A DNA stretch of 64,000 bases, taken from contig OZ176054.1 in the NCBI GenBank assembly GCA_964247055.1, forward strand, positions 496,001-560,000, given 5' to 3'. Source of the stretch: Paragordius varius. Its lineage: Eukaryota > Animalia > Nematomorpha. The notes under the pieces are model-generated. The model made no database searches, had not been told where the DNA came from, and saw nothing but the letters and a program-made list of their open reading frames with translations. This document shows, one piece after another, positions 38,138-53,500 of the stretch. The first letter of the stretch is position 1. Every line of letters begins with the position of its first letter. The position numbers were made by a program, and so were the translations under genes.

Positions 38138-39421
38138 AAAAATTATGGTATTAAACTAGTCGCATCAATACTCAAATTAAACTTTGTCCTTAAAAATCGG
38201 ATATTGGTCACCGGTGAACAAAATTATTTTTTATATATTCTCTTAGCAAGACTACATCAAAATATAGAGATAGTTTGACAAACTCTTTCATATCCGATTT
38301 TTACAACGATACTTTAAAAATTAATGTATTAAACTAGCCGCATCAATACTCAAGTTAAACTTTGTCCTTAAAAATCGGATATTGGTCACCGGTGAACAAA
38401 ATAATTTTTTATACATTCTCTTAGCAAGACTACATCAAAATATAGAGATATTTGACAAACTCTTTCATATCCGATTTTTACAACGATACTTTATAAATTA
38501 ATGTATAAAACTAGTCGTATCAATAAGTCGCATCAATACTCAAGTTAAACTTTGTCCTTAAAAATCGGATATTGGTCACCGGTGAACAAAATAATTTTTT
38601 ATACATTCTCTTAGTAAGACTACGTCAAAATATAGAGATAGTTTGACAAACTCTTTCATATCCGATTTTTACAACGATACTTTAAAAGTTAATGTATAAA
38701 ACTAGTCGCATCAATACTCAAGTTAAACTTTATCCTTAAAAATTGGATATTGGTCACCGGTGAACAAAATAATTTTTTATACATTCTCTTAGTAAGATTA
38801 CATCAAAATATAGAGATAGTTTGACAAACTCTTTCATATCCGATTTTTACAACGATACGTTAAAAATTATGGTATTAAACTAGTCGCATCAATACTCAAA
38901 TTAAACTTTGTCCTTAAAAATCGGATATTTGTCACCGGTGAACAAAATTATTTTTTATATATTCTCTTAGCAAGACTACATCAAAATATAGAGATAGTTT
39001 GACAAACTCTTTCATATCCGATTTTTACAACGATACTTTAAAAATTAATGTATAAAACTAGTCGTATCAATAAATCGCATCAATACTCAAGTTAAACTTT
39101 GTCCTTAAAAATTGGATATTGGTCACCGGTGAACAAAATTATTTTTTATACATTCTCTTAGTAAGACTACATAAAATATAGAGATAGTTTGACAAACTAA
39201 AAATTATGGTATTAAACTAGTCGCATCAATACTCAAATTAAACTTTGTCCTTAAAAATCGGATATTGGTCACCGGTGAACAAAATTATTTTTTATATATT
39301 CTCTTAGCAAGACTACATCAAAATATAGAGATAGTTTGACAAACTCTTTCATATCCGATTTTTACAACGATACTTTAAAAATTAATGTATTAAACTAGCC
39401 GCATCAATACTCAAGTTAAAC
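37630..39421 (+). repeat. About 0.73-kb block duplicated at +1,061 (6 monomers), each copy containing a 146-bp deleted monomer
   Basis: Deletion junction CAAACT|AAAAATT at 38137/39198; AAACTAGCCG at 38331/39392. Confidence 0.9.
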
Positions 39422-42400
39422 TCTGTCCTTAAAAATCAATTATTGGTCACCGGTGAACAAAATAATTTTTTATACATTCTCTTAGTAAGACTACATCAAA
39501 ATATAGAGATAGTTTGACAAACTCTTTCATATCCGATTTTTACAACGATACTTTAAAAATTATGGTATTAAACCGGTCGCATCAATACTCAAGTTAAACT
39601 TTGTCCTTAAAAATCGGATATTGGTCACCAGTGAAGAAAATTATTTTTTATACATTCTCTTAGCAAGACCACATCAAAATATAGAGAAAGTTTGGCAAAC
39701 TCTTTCATCCGATTTTTACAACGATACTTTAAAAATTAATGTATAAAACTAGTCGCATCAATACTCAAGTTAAATTTTGTCCTTAAAAATGGGATATTGG
39801 TCACCGGTGAACAAAATTATTTTTTATACATTCTCTTAGTAAGACTACATCAAAATATAGACATAGTTTGACAAACTCTTTTATATCCGATTTTTACAAC
39901 GATACTTTAAAAATTAATGTATAAAAGTAGTCGCATCAATACTCAAGTCAAATTTTGTCATTAAAAATGTGATATTGATCACCGGTGAACAAAACTATTT
40001 TTTATACATTCTCTCTGTAAGACTACATCAAAATATAGAAATAGTTTGACAAACTCTTTCATATCCGATTTTTACAACGATACTTTAAAAATTAATGTAT
40101 AAAACTAGTCGTATCAATATATCGCATCAATACTCAAGTTAAACTTTGTCCTCAAAAATCGGATATTGGTCACCGGTGAACAAAATTATTTTTTATACAT
40201 TCTCTTAGTAGGACTACATCAAAATATAGAGATAGTTTGGCAAACTTTTTCATATCCGATTTTTACAACGATACATAAAAAATTAATGTATAAAACTAGT
40301 CGCATCAATACTCAAATTAAACTTTGTCCTTAAAAATCGAATATTGGTCACCGGTGAACAAAATTATTTTTTATACATTCTCTTAGTAAGACTACATCAA
40401 AATATAGAGATACTTTGACAAACTCTTTTGTATCCGATTTTTACAACGATACTTTAAAAATCAATGTGTTAAACTAGTCGCATCAATACTCAAGTTAAAC
40501 TTTGTCCTTAAAAATCGGATATTGGTCACCGGTGAACAAAATTATTTTTTATACATTATCTTAGTAAGACTACATCAAAATATAGAGATAGTTTGACAAA
40601 CTCTTTCATATCCGATTTTTACAACGATACTTTAAAAATTAATGTATTAAACTAGTCGCATCAATACTCAAGTTAAACTTTGTCCTTAAAAATCGGATAT
40701 TGGTCACCGGTGAACAAAATAATTTTTTATACATTCTCTTAGTAAGACTACATCAAAATATAGAGATAGTTGGACAAACTCTTTCATATCCGATTTTTAC
40801 AACGATACTTAAAAAATTAATGTATTAAACTAGTGGTATCAATACTCAAGTTAAACTTTGTCCTTAAAAATCGGATATTGGTCTCCGGTGAACAAAATTA
40901 TTTTTTATACATTCTCTTAGCAAGACTACATCAAAATATAGAGATATTTGACAAACTCTTTCATATCCGATTTTTACAACGATACTTTATAAATTAATGT
41001 ATAAAACTAGTCGTATCAATAAGTCGCATCAATACTCAAGTTAAACTTTGTCCTTAAAAATCGGATATTGGTCACCGGTGAACAAAATAATTTTTTATAC
41101 ATTCTCTTAGTAAGACTACATCAAAATATAGAGATAGTTTGACAAACTCTTTCATATCCGATTTTTACAACGATACTTTAAAAATTATGGTATTAAACCA
41201 GTCGCATCAATACTCAAGTTAAACTTTGTCCTTAAAAATCGGATATTGGTCACCGGTGAACAAAATTATTTCTCATACATTCTCTTAGTAAGACTACATC
41301 AAAATATAGAGATAGTTTGACAAACTCTTTCATATCCGATTTTTACAACGATACTTTAAAAATTAATGTATAAAACTAGTCGCATCAATACTCAAGTTAA
41401 ACTTTATCCTTAAAAATTGGATATTGGTCACCGGTGAACAAAATAATTTTTTATACATTCTCTTAGTAAGACTACATCAAAATATAGAGATAGTTTGACA
41501 AACTCTTTCATATCCGATTTTTACAACGATACGTTAAAAATTATGGTATTAAACTAGTCGCATCAATACTCAAATTAAACTTTGTCCTTAAAAATCGGAT
41601 ATTTGTCACCGGTGAACAAAATTATTTTTTATATATTCTCTTAGCAAGACTACATCAAAATATAGAGATAGTTTGACAAACTCTTTCATATCCGATTTTT
41701 ACAACGATACTTTAAAAATTAATGTATAAAACTAGTCGTATCAATAAATCGCATCAATATTCAAGTTAAACTTTGTCCTTAAAAATCGGATATTGGTCAC
41801 CGGTGAACAAAATTATTTTTTATACATTCTCTTAGTAAGACTACATAAAATATAGAGATAGTTTGACAAACTCTTTCATATCCGATTTTTACAACGATAC
41901 GTTAAAAATTATGGTATTAAACTAGTCGCATCAATACTCAAATTAAACTTTGTCCTTAAAAATCGGATATTGGTTACCGGTGAACAAAATTATTTTTTAT
42001 ATATTCTCTTAGAGAGACTACATCAAAATATAGAGATAGTTTGACAAACTCTTTCATATCCGATTTTTACAACGATACTTTAAAAATTAATGTATAAAAC
42101 TAGTCGTATCAATAAATCGCATCAATACTCAAGTTAAACTTTGTCCTTAAAAATCGGATATTGGTCACCGGTGAACAAAATTATTTTTTATACATTCTCT
42201 TAGTAAGACTACATCAAAATATAGAGATAATTTGACAAACTCTTTCATATCCGATTTTTAAACGATACTTTAAAAATTAATGTGTTAAACTAGTCGCATC
42301 AATACTCAAGTTAAACTTTGTCCATAAAAATCGAATATTGGTCACCGGTGAACAAAATTTATTTTTATATATTCTCTTAGTAAGACTACATCAAAATATA

Positions 42401-45066
42401 GAAATAGTTTGACAAACTCTTTCATATCCGATTTTTACAACGATACTTTAAGATTTAATGTATTAAACTAGTCGCATCAATTCAAATTAAACTTTGTCCT
42501 TAAAAATCGGATATTGGTCACCGGTGAACAAAATTATTTTTTATACATTCTCTTAGTAGGACTACATCAAAATATAGAGATAGTTTGACAAACTCTTTCG
42601 TATCCGATTTTTACAACGATACATTAAAAATTAATGTATTAAACTAGTCGCATCAATACTCAAGTTAAACTTTGTCCTTAAAAATCGGATATTGGTCACC
42701 GGTGAACAAAATTATTTTTTATATATTCTCTTAGAGAGACTACATCAAAATATAGAGATAGTTTGACAAACTCTTTCATATCCGATTTTTAAACGATACT
42801 TTAAAAATCAATGTGTTAAACTAGTCGCATCAATACTCAAGTTAAACTTTGTCCTTAAAAATCGGATATTGGTCACCGGTGAACAAAATTATTTTTTATA
42901 CATTATCTTAGTAAGACTACATCAAAATATAGAGATAGTTTGACAAACTCTTTCATATCCGATTTTTACAACGATACTTTAAAAATTTATGTATTAAACT
43001 AGTCGCATGAATACTCAAGTTAAACTTTGTCCTTAAAAATCGGATATTGGTCACCGGTGAACAAAATAATTTTTTATATATTCTCTTAGAGAGACTACAT
43101 CAAAATATAGAGATAGTTTGACAAACTCTTTCATATCCGATTTTTACAACGATACTTTAAAAATTTATGTATAAAACTAGTCGTATCAATAAATCGCATC
43201 AATCCTCAAGTTAAACTTTGTCCTTAAAAATCGGATATTGGTCACCGGTGAGCAAAATTATTTTTTATACATTCTCTTAGTAAGACTACATCAAAATATA
43301 GAGATAGTTTGACAAACTCTTTCATATCCGATTTTTACAACGATACTTTAAAAATTAATGTATTAAACTAGTCGCATCAATACTCAAGTTAAACTTTGTC
43401 TGTAAAAATCGGATATTGGTCACCGGAGAACAAAATTATTTTTTATACATTCTCTTAGCAAGACTACATCAAAATATAGAGATAGTTTGACAAACTCTTT
43501 CATATCCGATTTTTACAACGATACTTTAAAAATTAATGTATTAAACTAGTCGCATCAATACTCAAGTAAAACTTTGTCCTTAAAAATCGGATATTGCTCA
43601 CCGGTGAACAAAATAATTTTTTATACATTCTCTTAGTAAGACTACATCAAAATATAGAGATAGTTTGACAAACTCTTTCATATCCGATTTTTACAACGAT
43701 ACTTTAAAAATTATGGTATTAAACCGGTCGCATCAATACTCAAGTTAAATTTTGTCCTTAAAAATCGGATATTGGTCACCGGTGAACAAAATTATTTTTT
43801 ATACATTCTCTTAGTAAGACTACATCAAAATATAGAGATAGTTTGGCAAACTCTTTCATCCGATTTTTACAACGATACTTTAAAAATTAATGTATAAAAC
43901 TAGTCGCATCAATACTCAAGTTAAATTTTGTCCTTAAAAATGGGATATTGGTCACCGGTGAACAAAATTATTTTTTATACATTCTCTTAGTAAGACTACA
44001 TCAAAATATAGACATAGTTTGACAAACTCTTTTATATCCGATTTTTACAACGATACTTTAAAAATTAATTTATAAAAGTAGTCGCATCAATACTCAAGTC
44101 AAATTTTGTCATTAAAAATGTGATATTGATCACCGGTGAACAAAATTATTTTTTATATATTCTCTTAGAGAGACTACATCAAAATATAGAGATAGTTTGA
44201 CAAACTCTTTCATATCCGATTTTTACAAGGATACTTTAAAAATTAATGTATAAAACTAGTCGTATCAATAAATCGCATCAATACTCAAGTTAAACTTTGT
44301 CCTTAAAAATCGGATATTGGTCACCGGTGAACAAAATAATTTTTTATACATTCTCTTAGTAAGACTACATCAAAATATAGAGATAGTTTGACAAACTCTT
44401 TCATATCCGATTTTTACAACGATACTTTAAAAATTATGGTATTAAACCGGTCGCATCAATACTCAAGTTAAACTTTGTCCTTAAAAATCGGATATTGGTC
44501 ACCGGTGAACAAAATTATTTTTTATACATTCTCTTAGTAAGACTACATCAAAATATAGAAATAGTTTGACAAACTCTTTCATATCCGATTTTTACAACGA
44601 TACTTTAAAAATTAATGTATAAAACTAGTCGCATCAATACTCAAGTTAAACTTTGTCCTTAAAAATCGGATATTGGTCACCAGTGAAGAAAATTATTTTT
44701 TATACATTCTCTTAGCAAGACTACATCAAAATATAGAGATAGTTTGGCAAACTCTTTCATCCGATTTTTACAACGATACTTTAAAAATTAATGTATAAAA
44801 CTAGTCGCATCAATACTCAAGTTAAATTTTGTCCTTAAAAATGGGATATTGGTCACCGGTGAACAAAATTATTTTTTATACATTCTCTTAGTAAGACTAC
44901 ATCAAAATATAGACATAGTTTGACAAACTCTTTCATATCCGATTTTTACAACGATACGTTAAAAATTATGGTATTAAACTAGTCGCATCAATACTCAAAT
45001 TAAACTTTGTCCTTAAAAATCGGATATTGGTCACCGGTGAACAAAATTATTTTTTATATATTCTCT

Positions 45067-46500
45067 TAGAGAGACTACATCAAAATATAGAGATAGTTTG
45101 ACAAACTCTTTCATATCCGATTTTTACAACGATACTTTAAAAATTAATGTATAAAACTAGTCGTATCAATAAATCGCATCAATACTCAAGTTAAACTTTG
45201 TCCTTAAAAATCGGATATTGGTCACCGGTGAACAAAATTATTTTTTATACATTCTCTTAGTAAGACTACATCAAAATATAGAGATAGTTTGACAAACTCT
45301 TTCATATCCGATTTTTAAACGATACTTTAAAAATTAATGTGTTAAACTAGTCCCATCAATACTCAAGTTAAACTTTGTTTTAAAAATCGAATATTGGTCA
45401 CCGGTGAACAAAATTATTTTTTATATATTCTCTTAGTAAGACTACATCAAAATATAGAAATAGTTTGACAAACTCTTTGATATCCGATTTTTACAACGAT
45501 ATTTTAAAATTTAATGTATTAAACTAGTCGCATCAATACTCAAATTAAACTTTGTCCTTAAAAATCGGATATTGGTCACCGGTGAACAAAATTATTTTTT
45601 ATACATTCTCTTAGTAGGACTACATCAAAATATAGAGATAGTTTGACAAACTCTTTCGTATCCGATTTTTACAACGATACTTTAAAAATCAATGTGTTAA
45701 ACTAGTCGCATCAATACTCAAGTTAAACTTTGTCCTTAAAAATCGGATATTAATCACCGGTGAACAAAATTATTTTTTATACATTATCTTAGTAAGACTA
45801 CATCAAAATATAGAGATAGTTTGACAAACTCTTTCATATCCGATTTTTACAACGATACTTTAAAAATTAATGTATTAAACTAGTCGCATCAATACTCAAA
45901 AACTTTGTCCTTAAAAATCGGATATTGGTCACCGGTGAACAAAATTATTTTTTATATATTCTCTTAGAGAGACTACATCAAAATATAGAGATAGTTTGAC
46001 AAACTCTTTCATATCCGATTTTTACAACGATACTTTAAAAATTTATGTATAAAACTAGTCGTATCAATAAATCGCATCAATACTTAAGTTAAACTTTGTC
46101 CTTAAAAATCGGATATTGGTCACCGGTGAACAAAATTATTTTTTATACATTCTCTTAGTAAGACTACATCAAAATATAGAGATAGTTTGACAAACTCTTT
46201 CATATCCGATTTTTAAACGATACTTAAAAAATTAATGTGTTAAACTAGTCGCATCAATACTCAAGTTAAACTTTGTTTTAAAAATCGAATATTGGTCACC
46301 GGTGAACAAAATTATTTTTTATATATTCTCTTAGTAAGACTACATCAAAATATAGAAATAGTTTGACAAACTCTTTCATATCCGATTTTTACAACGATAC
46401 TTTAAAATTTAATGTATTAAACTAGTCGCATCAATACTCAAATTAAACTTTGTCCTTAAAAATCGGATATTGGTCACCGGTGAACAAAATTATTTTTTAT
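45067..46500 (+). repeat. Block duplicated at +898 (5 monomers)
   Basis: TAGAGAG monomer starts at 45067/45965; TTTGTTTTAAAAATCGA at 45377/46275. Confidence 0.82.
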
Positions 46501-46699
46501 ACATTCTCTTAGTAGGACTACATCAAAATATAGAGATAGTTTGACAAACTCTTTCATATCCGATTTTTACAACGATACTTTAAAAATTAATGTATTAAAC
46601 TAGTCGCATCAATACTCAAGTTAAACTTTGTCTGTAAAAATCGGATATTGGTCACCGGTGAACAAAATTATTTTTTATACATTCTCTTAGTAGGACTAC

Positions 46700-49600
46700 A
46701 TCAAAATATAGAGATAGTTTGACAAACTCTTTCGTATCCGATTTTTACAACGATACTTTAAAAATCAATGTGTTAAACTAGTCGCATCAATACTCAAGTT
46801 AAACTTTGTCCTTAAAAATCGGATATTAATCACCGGTGAACAAAATTATTTTTTATACATTATCTTAGTAAGACTACATCAAAATATAGAGATAGTTTGA
46901 CAAACTCTTTCATATCCGATTTTTACAACGATACTTTAAAAATTAATGTATTAAACTAGTCGCATCAATACTCCAGTTAAACTTTGTCCTTAAAAATCGG
47001 ATATTGGTCACCGGTGAACAAAATTATTTTTTATATATTCTCTTAGAGAGGCTACATCAAAATATAGAGATAGTTTGACAAACTCTTTCATATCCGATTT
47101 TTACAACGATACTTTAAAAATTTATGTATAAAACTAGTCGTATCAATAAATCGCATCAATACTTAAGTTAAACTTTGTCCTTAAAAATCGGATATTGGTC
47201 ACCGGTGAACAAAATTATTTTTTATACATTCTCTTAGTAAGACTACATCAAAATATAGAGATAGTTTGACAAACTCTTTCATATCCGATTTTTAAACGAT
47301 ACTTTAAAAATTAATGTATTAAACTAGTCGCATCAATACTCAAGTTAAACTTTGTCTGTAAAAATCGGAGATTGGTCACCGGAGAACAAAATTATTTTTT
47401 ATACATTCTCTTAGCAAGACTACATCAAAATATAGAGATAGTTTGACAAACTCTTTCATATCCGATTTTTACAACGATACTTTAAAAATTAATGTATTAA
47501 ACTAGTCGCATCAATACTCAAGTTAAACTTTGTCCTTAAAAATCGGATATTGGTCACCGGTGAACAAAATAATTTTTTATACATTCTCTTAGTAAGACTA
47601 CATCAAAATATAGAGATAGTTTGACAAACTCTTTCATATCCGATTTTTACAACGATACTTTAAAAATTAATGTATTAAACTAGTCGCATCAATACTCAAG
47701 TTAAACTTTGTCCTTAAAAATCGGATATTGGTCACCAGTGAAGAAAATTATTTTTTATACATTCTCTTAGCAAGACTACATCAAAATATAGAGATAGTTT
47801 GGCAAACTCTTTCATCCGATTTTTACAACGATACTTTAAAAATTAATGTATAAAACAAGTCGTATCAATAGTCAAGTTAAATTTTGTCCTTAAAAATCGG
47901 ATATTGGTCACCGGTGAACAAAATTATTTTTTATACATTCTCTTAGTAAGACTACATCAAAATATAGAGATAGTTTGACAAACTCTTTCATATCCGATTT
48001 TTACAACGATACTTTAAAAATTTATGTATAAAACTAGTCGTATCAATAAATCGCATCAATACTCAAGTTAAACTTTGTCCTTAAAAATCGGATATTGGTC
48101 ACCGGTGAACAAAATTATTTTTTATACATTCTCTTAGTAAGACTACATCAAAATATAGAGATAGTTTGACAAACTCTTTCATATCCGATTTTTACAACGA
48201 TACTTTAAAAATTAATGTATAAAACTAGTCGCATCAATACTCAAGTTAAATTTTGTCCTTAAAAATGGGATATTGGTCACCGGTGAACAAAATTATTTTT
48301 TATACATTCTCTTAGTAAGACTACATCAAAATATAGACATAGTTTGACAAACTCTTTCATATCCGATTTTTACAACGATACGTTAAAAATTATGGTATTA
48401 AACTAGTCGCATCAATACTCAAATTAAACTTTGTCCTTAAAAATCGGATATTGGTCAGCGGTGAACAAAATTATTTTTTATATATTCTCTTAGAGAGACT
48501 ACATCAAAATATAGAGATAGTTTGACAAACTCTTTCATATCCGATTTTTACAACGATACTTTAAAAATTAATGTATAAAACTAGTCGTATCAATAAATCG
48601 CATCAATACTCAAGTTAAACTTTGTCCTTAAAAATCGGATATTGGTCACCGGTGAACAAAATTATTTTTTATACATTCTCTTAGTAAGACTACATCAAAA
48701 TATAGAGATAGTTTGACAAACTCTTTCATATCCGATTTTTAAACGATACTTTAAAAATTAATGTGTTAAACTAGTCGCATCAATACTCAAGTTAAACTTT
48801 GTCCTTAAAAATCGAATATTGGTCACCGGTGAACAAAATTATTTTTTATATATTCTCTTAGTAAGACTACATCAAAATATAAAAATAGTTTGACAAACTC
48901 TTTCATATCCGATTTTTATAACGATACTTCAAAATTTAATGTATTAAACTAGTCGCATCAATACTCAAATTAAACTTTGTCCTTAAAAATCGGATATTGG
49001 TCACCGGTGAACAAAATTATTTTTTATACATTCTCTTAGTAGGACTACATCAAAATATAGAGATAGTTTGACAAACTCTTTCGTATCCGATTTTTACAAC
49101 GATACTTTAAAAATCAATGTGTTAAACTAGTCGCATCAATACTCAAGTTAAACTTTGTCCTTAAAAATCGGATATTAATCACCGGTGAACAAAATTATTT
49201 TTTATACATTATCTTAGTAAGACTACATCAAAATATAGAGATAGTTTGACAAACTCTTTCATATCCGATTTTTACAACGATACTTTAAAAATTAATGTAT
49301 TAAACTAGTCGCATCAATACTCAAGTTAAACTTTGTCCTTAAAAATCGGATATTGGTCACCGGTGAACAAAATTATTTTTTATATATTCTCTTAGAGAGA
49401 CTACATAAAAATATAGAGATAGTTTGACAAACTCTTTCATATCCGATTTTTACAACGATACTTTAAAAATTTATGTATAAAACTAGTCGTATCAATAAAT
49501 CGCATCAATACTCAAGTTAAACTTTGTCCTTAAAAATCGGATATTGGTCACCGGTGAACAAAATTATTTTTTATACATTCTCTTAGTAAGACTACATCAA

Positions 49601-50400
49601 AATATAGAGATAGTTTGACAAACTCTTTCATATCCGATTTTTACAACGATACTTTAAAAATTAATGTATTAAACTAGTCGCATCAATACTCAAGTTAAAC
49701 TTTGTCTGTAAAAATCGGAGATTGGTCACCGGAGAACAAAATTATTTTTTATACATTCTCTTAGCAAGACTACATCAAAATATAGAGATAGTTTGACAAA
49801 CTCTTTCATATTCGATTTTTACAACGATACTTTAAAAATTAATGTATTAAACTAGTCGCATCAATACTCAAGTTAAACTTTGTCCTTAAAAATCGGATAT
49901 TGGTCACCGGTGAACAAAATAATTTTTTATACATTCTCTTAGTAAGACTACATCAAAATATAGAGATAGTTTGACAAACTCTTTCATATCCGATTTTTAC
50001 AACGATACTTTAAAAATTAATGTATTAAACTAGTCGCATCAATACTCAAGTTAAACTTTGTCCTTAAAAATCGGATATTGGTCACCAGTGAAGAAAATTA
50101 TTTTTTATACATTCTCTTAGCAAGACTACATCAAAATATAGAGATAGTTTGGCAAACTCTTTCATCCGATTTTTACAACGATACTTTAAAAATTAATGTA
50201 TAAAACTATTCGTATCAATACTCAAGTTAAATTTTGTCATTAAAAATCGGATATTGGTCACCGGTGAACAAAATTATTTTTTATACATTTTCTTAGTAAG
50301 ACTACATCAAAATATAGAGATAGTTTGACAAACTCTTTCATATCCGATTTTTACAACGATACTTTAAAAATTTATGTATAAAACTAGTCGTATCAATAAA
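46700..50400 (+). repeat. About 1.3-kb block duplicated at +2,349/2,350 (13 monomers)
   Basis: TAATCACC 46827/49176, AAAATCGGAG 47361/49711, CACCAGTGAAG 47733/50083. The boundaries are approximate. Confidence 0.87.
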
Positions 50401-50569
50401 TCGCATCAATACTCAAGTTAAACTTTGTCCTTAAAAATCGGATATTGGTCACCGGTGAACAAAATTATTTTTTATACATTCTCTTAGTAAGACTACATCA
50501 AAATATAGAGATAGTTTGACAAACTCTTTCATATCCGATTTTTACAACGATACTTTAAAAATTAATGTA

Positions 50570-53500
50570 TTAAACTAGTCGCATCAATACTCAAGTTAAA
50601 CTTTGTCTGTAAAAATCGGATATTGGTCACCGGAGAACAAAATTATTTTTTATACATTCTCTTAGCAAGACTACATCAAAATATAGAGATAGTTTGACAA
50701 ACTCTTTTATATCCGATTTTTACAACGATACTTTAAAAATTAATGTATAAAAGTAGTCGCATCAATACTCAAGTCAAATTTTTTCATTAAAAATCGGATA
50801 TTGGTCACCGGTGAACAAAATTATTTTTTATACATTTTCTTAGTAAGACTACATCAAAATATAGAGATAGTTTGACAAACTCTTTCATATCCGATTTTTA
50901 CAACGATACTTTAAAAATTATGGTATTAAACCGGTCGCATCAATACTCAAGTTAAACTTTGTCCTTAAAAATCGGATATTGGTCACCGGTGAACAAAATT
51001 ATTTTTTATACATTCTCTTAGTAAGACTACATCAAAATATAGAAATAGTTTGACAAACTCTTTCATATCCGATTTTTACAACGATACTTTAAAAATTAAT
51101 GTATAAAACTAGTCGCATCAATACTCAAGTTAAACTTTGTCCTTAAAAATCGGATATTGGTCACCAGTGAAGAAAATTATTTTTTATACATTCTCTTAGC
51201 AAGACTACATCAAAATATAGAGATAGTTTGGCAAACTCTTTCATCCGATTTTTACAACGATACTTTAAAAATTAATGTATAAAACTAGTCGCATCAATAC
51301 TCAAGTTAAATTTTGTCCTTAAAAATGGGATATTGGTCACCGGTGAACAAAATTATTTTTTATACATTCTCTTAGTAAGACTACATCAAAATATAGACAT
51401 AGTTTGACAAACTCTTTTATATCCGATTTTTACAACGATACTTTAAAAATTAATGTATAAAAGTAGTCGCATCAATACTCAAGTCAAATTTTGTCATTAA
51501 AAATGTGATATTGATCACCGGTGAACAAAACTATTTTTTATACATTCTCTCTGTAAGACTACATCAAAATATAGAAATAGTTTGACAAACTCTTTCATAT
51601 CCGATTTTTACAACGATACTTTAAAAATTAATGTATAAAACTAGTCGTATCAATATATCGCATCAATACTCAAGTTAAACTTTGTCCTTAAAAATCGGAT
51701 ATTGGTCACCGGTGAACAAAATTATTTTTTATACATTCTCTTAGTAGGACTACATCAAAATATAGAGATAGTTTGGCAAAATTTTTTATATCCGATTTTT
51801 ACAACGATACATAAAAAATTAATGTATAAAACTAGTCGCATCAATACTCAAATTAAACTTTATCCTTAAAAATCGAATATTGGTCACCGGTGAACAAAAT
51901 TATTTTTTATACATTCTCTTAGTAAGACTACATCAAAATATAGAGATAGTTTGACAAACTCTTTCGTATCCGATTTTTACAACGATACTTTAAAAATTAT
52001 GGTATTAAACCGGTCGCATCAATACTCAAGTTAAACTTTGTCCTTAAAAATCGGATATTGGTCACCGGTGAACAAAATTATTTTTTATACATTTTCTTAG
52101 TAAGACTACATCAAAATATAGAGATAGTTTGACAAACTCTTTCATATCCGATTTTTACAACGATACTTTAAAAATTATGGTATTAAACCGGTCGCATCAA
52201 TACTCAAGTTAAACTTTGTCCTTAAAAATCGGATATTGGTCACCGGTGAACAAAATTATTTTTTATACATTCTCTTAGTAAGACTACATCAAAATATAGA
52301 AATAGTTTGACAAACTCTTTCATATCCGATTTTTACAACGATACTTTAAAAATTAATGTATAAAACTAGTCGCATCAATACTCAAGTTAAACTTTGTCCT
52401 TAAAAATCGGATATTGGTCACCAGTGAAGAAAATTATTTTTTATACATTCTCTTAGCAAGACTACATCAAAATATAGAGATAGTTTGGCAAACTCTTTCA
52501 TCCGATTTTTACAACGATACTTTAAAAATTAATGTATAAAACTAGTCGCATCAATACTCAAGTTAAATTTTGTCCTTAAAAATGGGATATTGGTCACCGG
52601 TGAACAAAATTATTTTTTATACATTCTCTTAGTAAGACTACATCAAAATATAGACATAGTTTGACAAACTCTTTCATATCCGATTTTTACAACGATACTT
52701 TAAAAATTATGGTATTAAACCGGTCGCATCAATACTCAAGTTAAACTTTGTCCTTAAAAATCGGATATTGGTCACCGGTGAACAAAATTATTTTTTATAC
52801 ATTCTCTTAGTAAGACTACATCAAAATATAGAGATAGTTTGGCAAAATTTTTTATATCCGATTTTTACAACGATACATAAAAAATTAATGTATAAAACTA
52901 GTCGCATCAATACTCAAGTTAAACTTTGTCTGTAAAAATCGGATATTGGTCACCGGAGAACAAAATTATTTTTTATACATTCTCTTAGCAAGACTACATC
53001 AAAATATAGAGATAGTTTGACAAACTCTTTTATATCCGATTTTTACAACGATACTTTAAAAATTAATGTATAAAAGTAGTCGCATCAATACTCAAGTCAA
53101 ATTTTGTCATTAAAAATCGGATATTGGTCACCGGTGAACAAAATTATTTTTTATACATTTTCTTAGTAAGACTACATCAAAATATAGAGATAGTTTGACA
53201 AACTCTTTCATATCCGATTTTTACAACGATACTTTAAAAATTATGGTATTAAACCGGTCGCATCAATACTCAAGTTAAACTTTGTCCTTAAAAATCGGAT
53301 ATTGGTCACCGGTGAACAAAATTATTTTTTATACATTCTCTTAGTAAGACTACATCAAAATATAGAAATAGTTTGACAAACTCTTTCATATCCGATTTTT
53401 ACAACGATACTTTAAAAATTAATGTATAAAACTAGTCGCATCAATACTCAAGTTAAACTTTGTCCTTAAAAATCGGATATTGGTCACCAGTGAAGAAAAT

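Noticed and set aside
42595-42615. CENP-B box in the TTTCGTATCCG variant
   Set aside because: It does not fit TTCG-N4-A-N2-CGGG: neither the A nor the CGGG is present.
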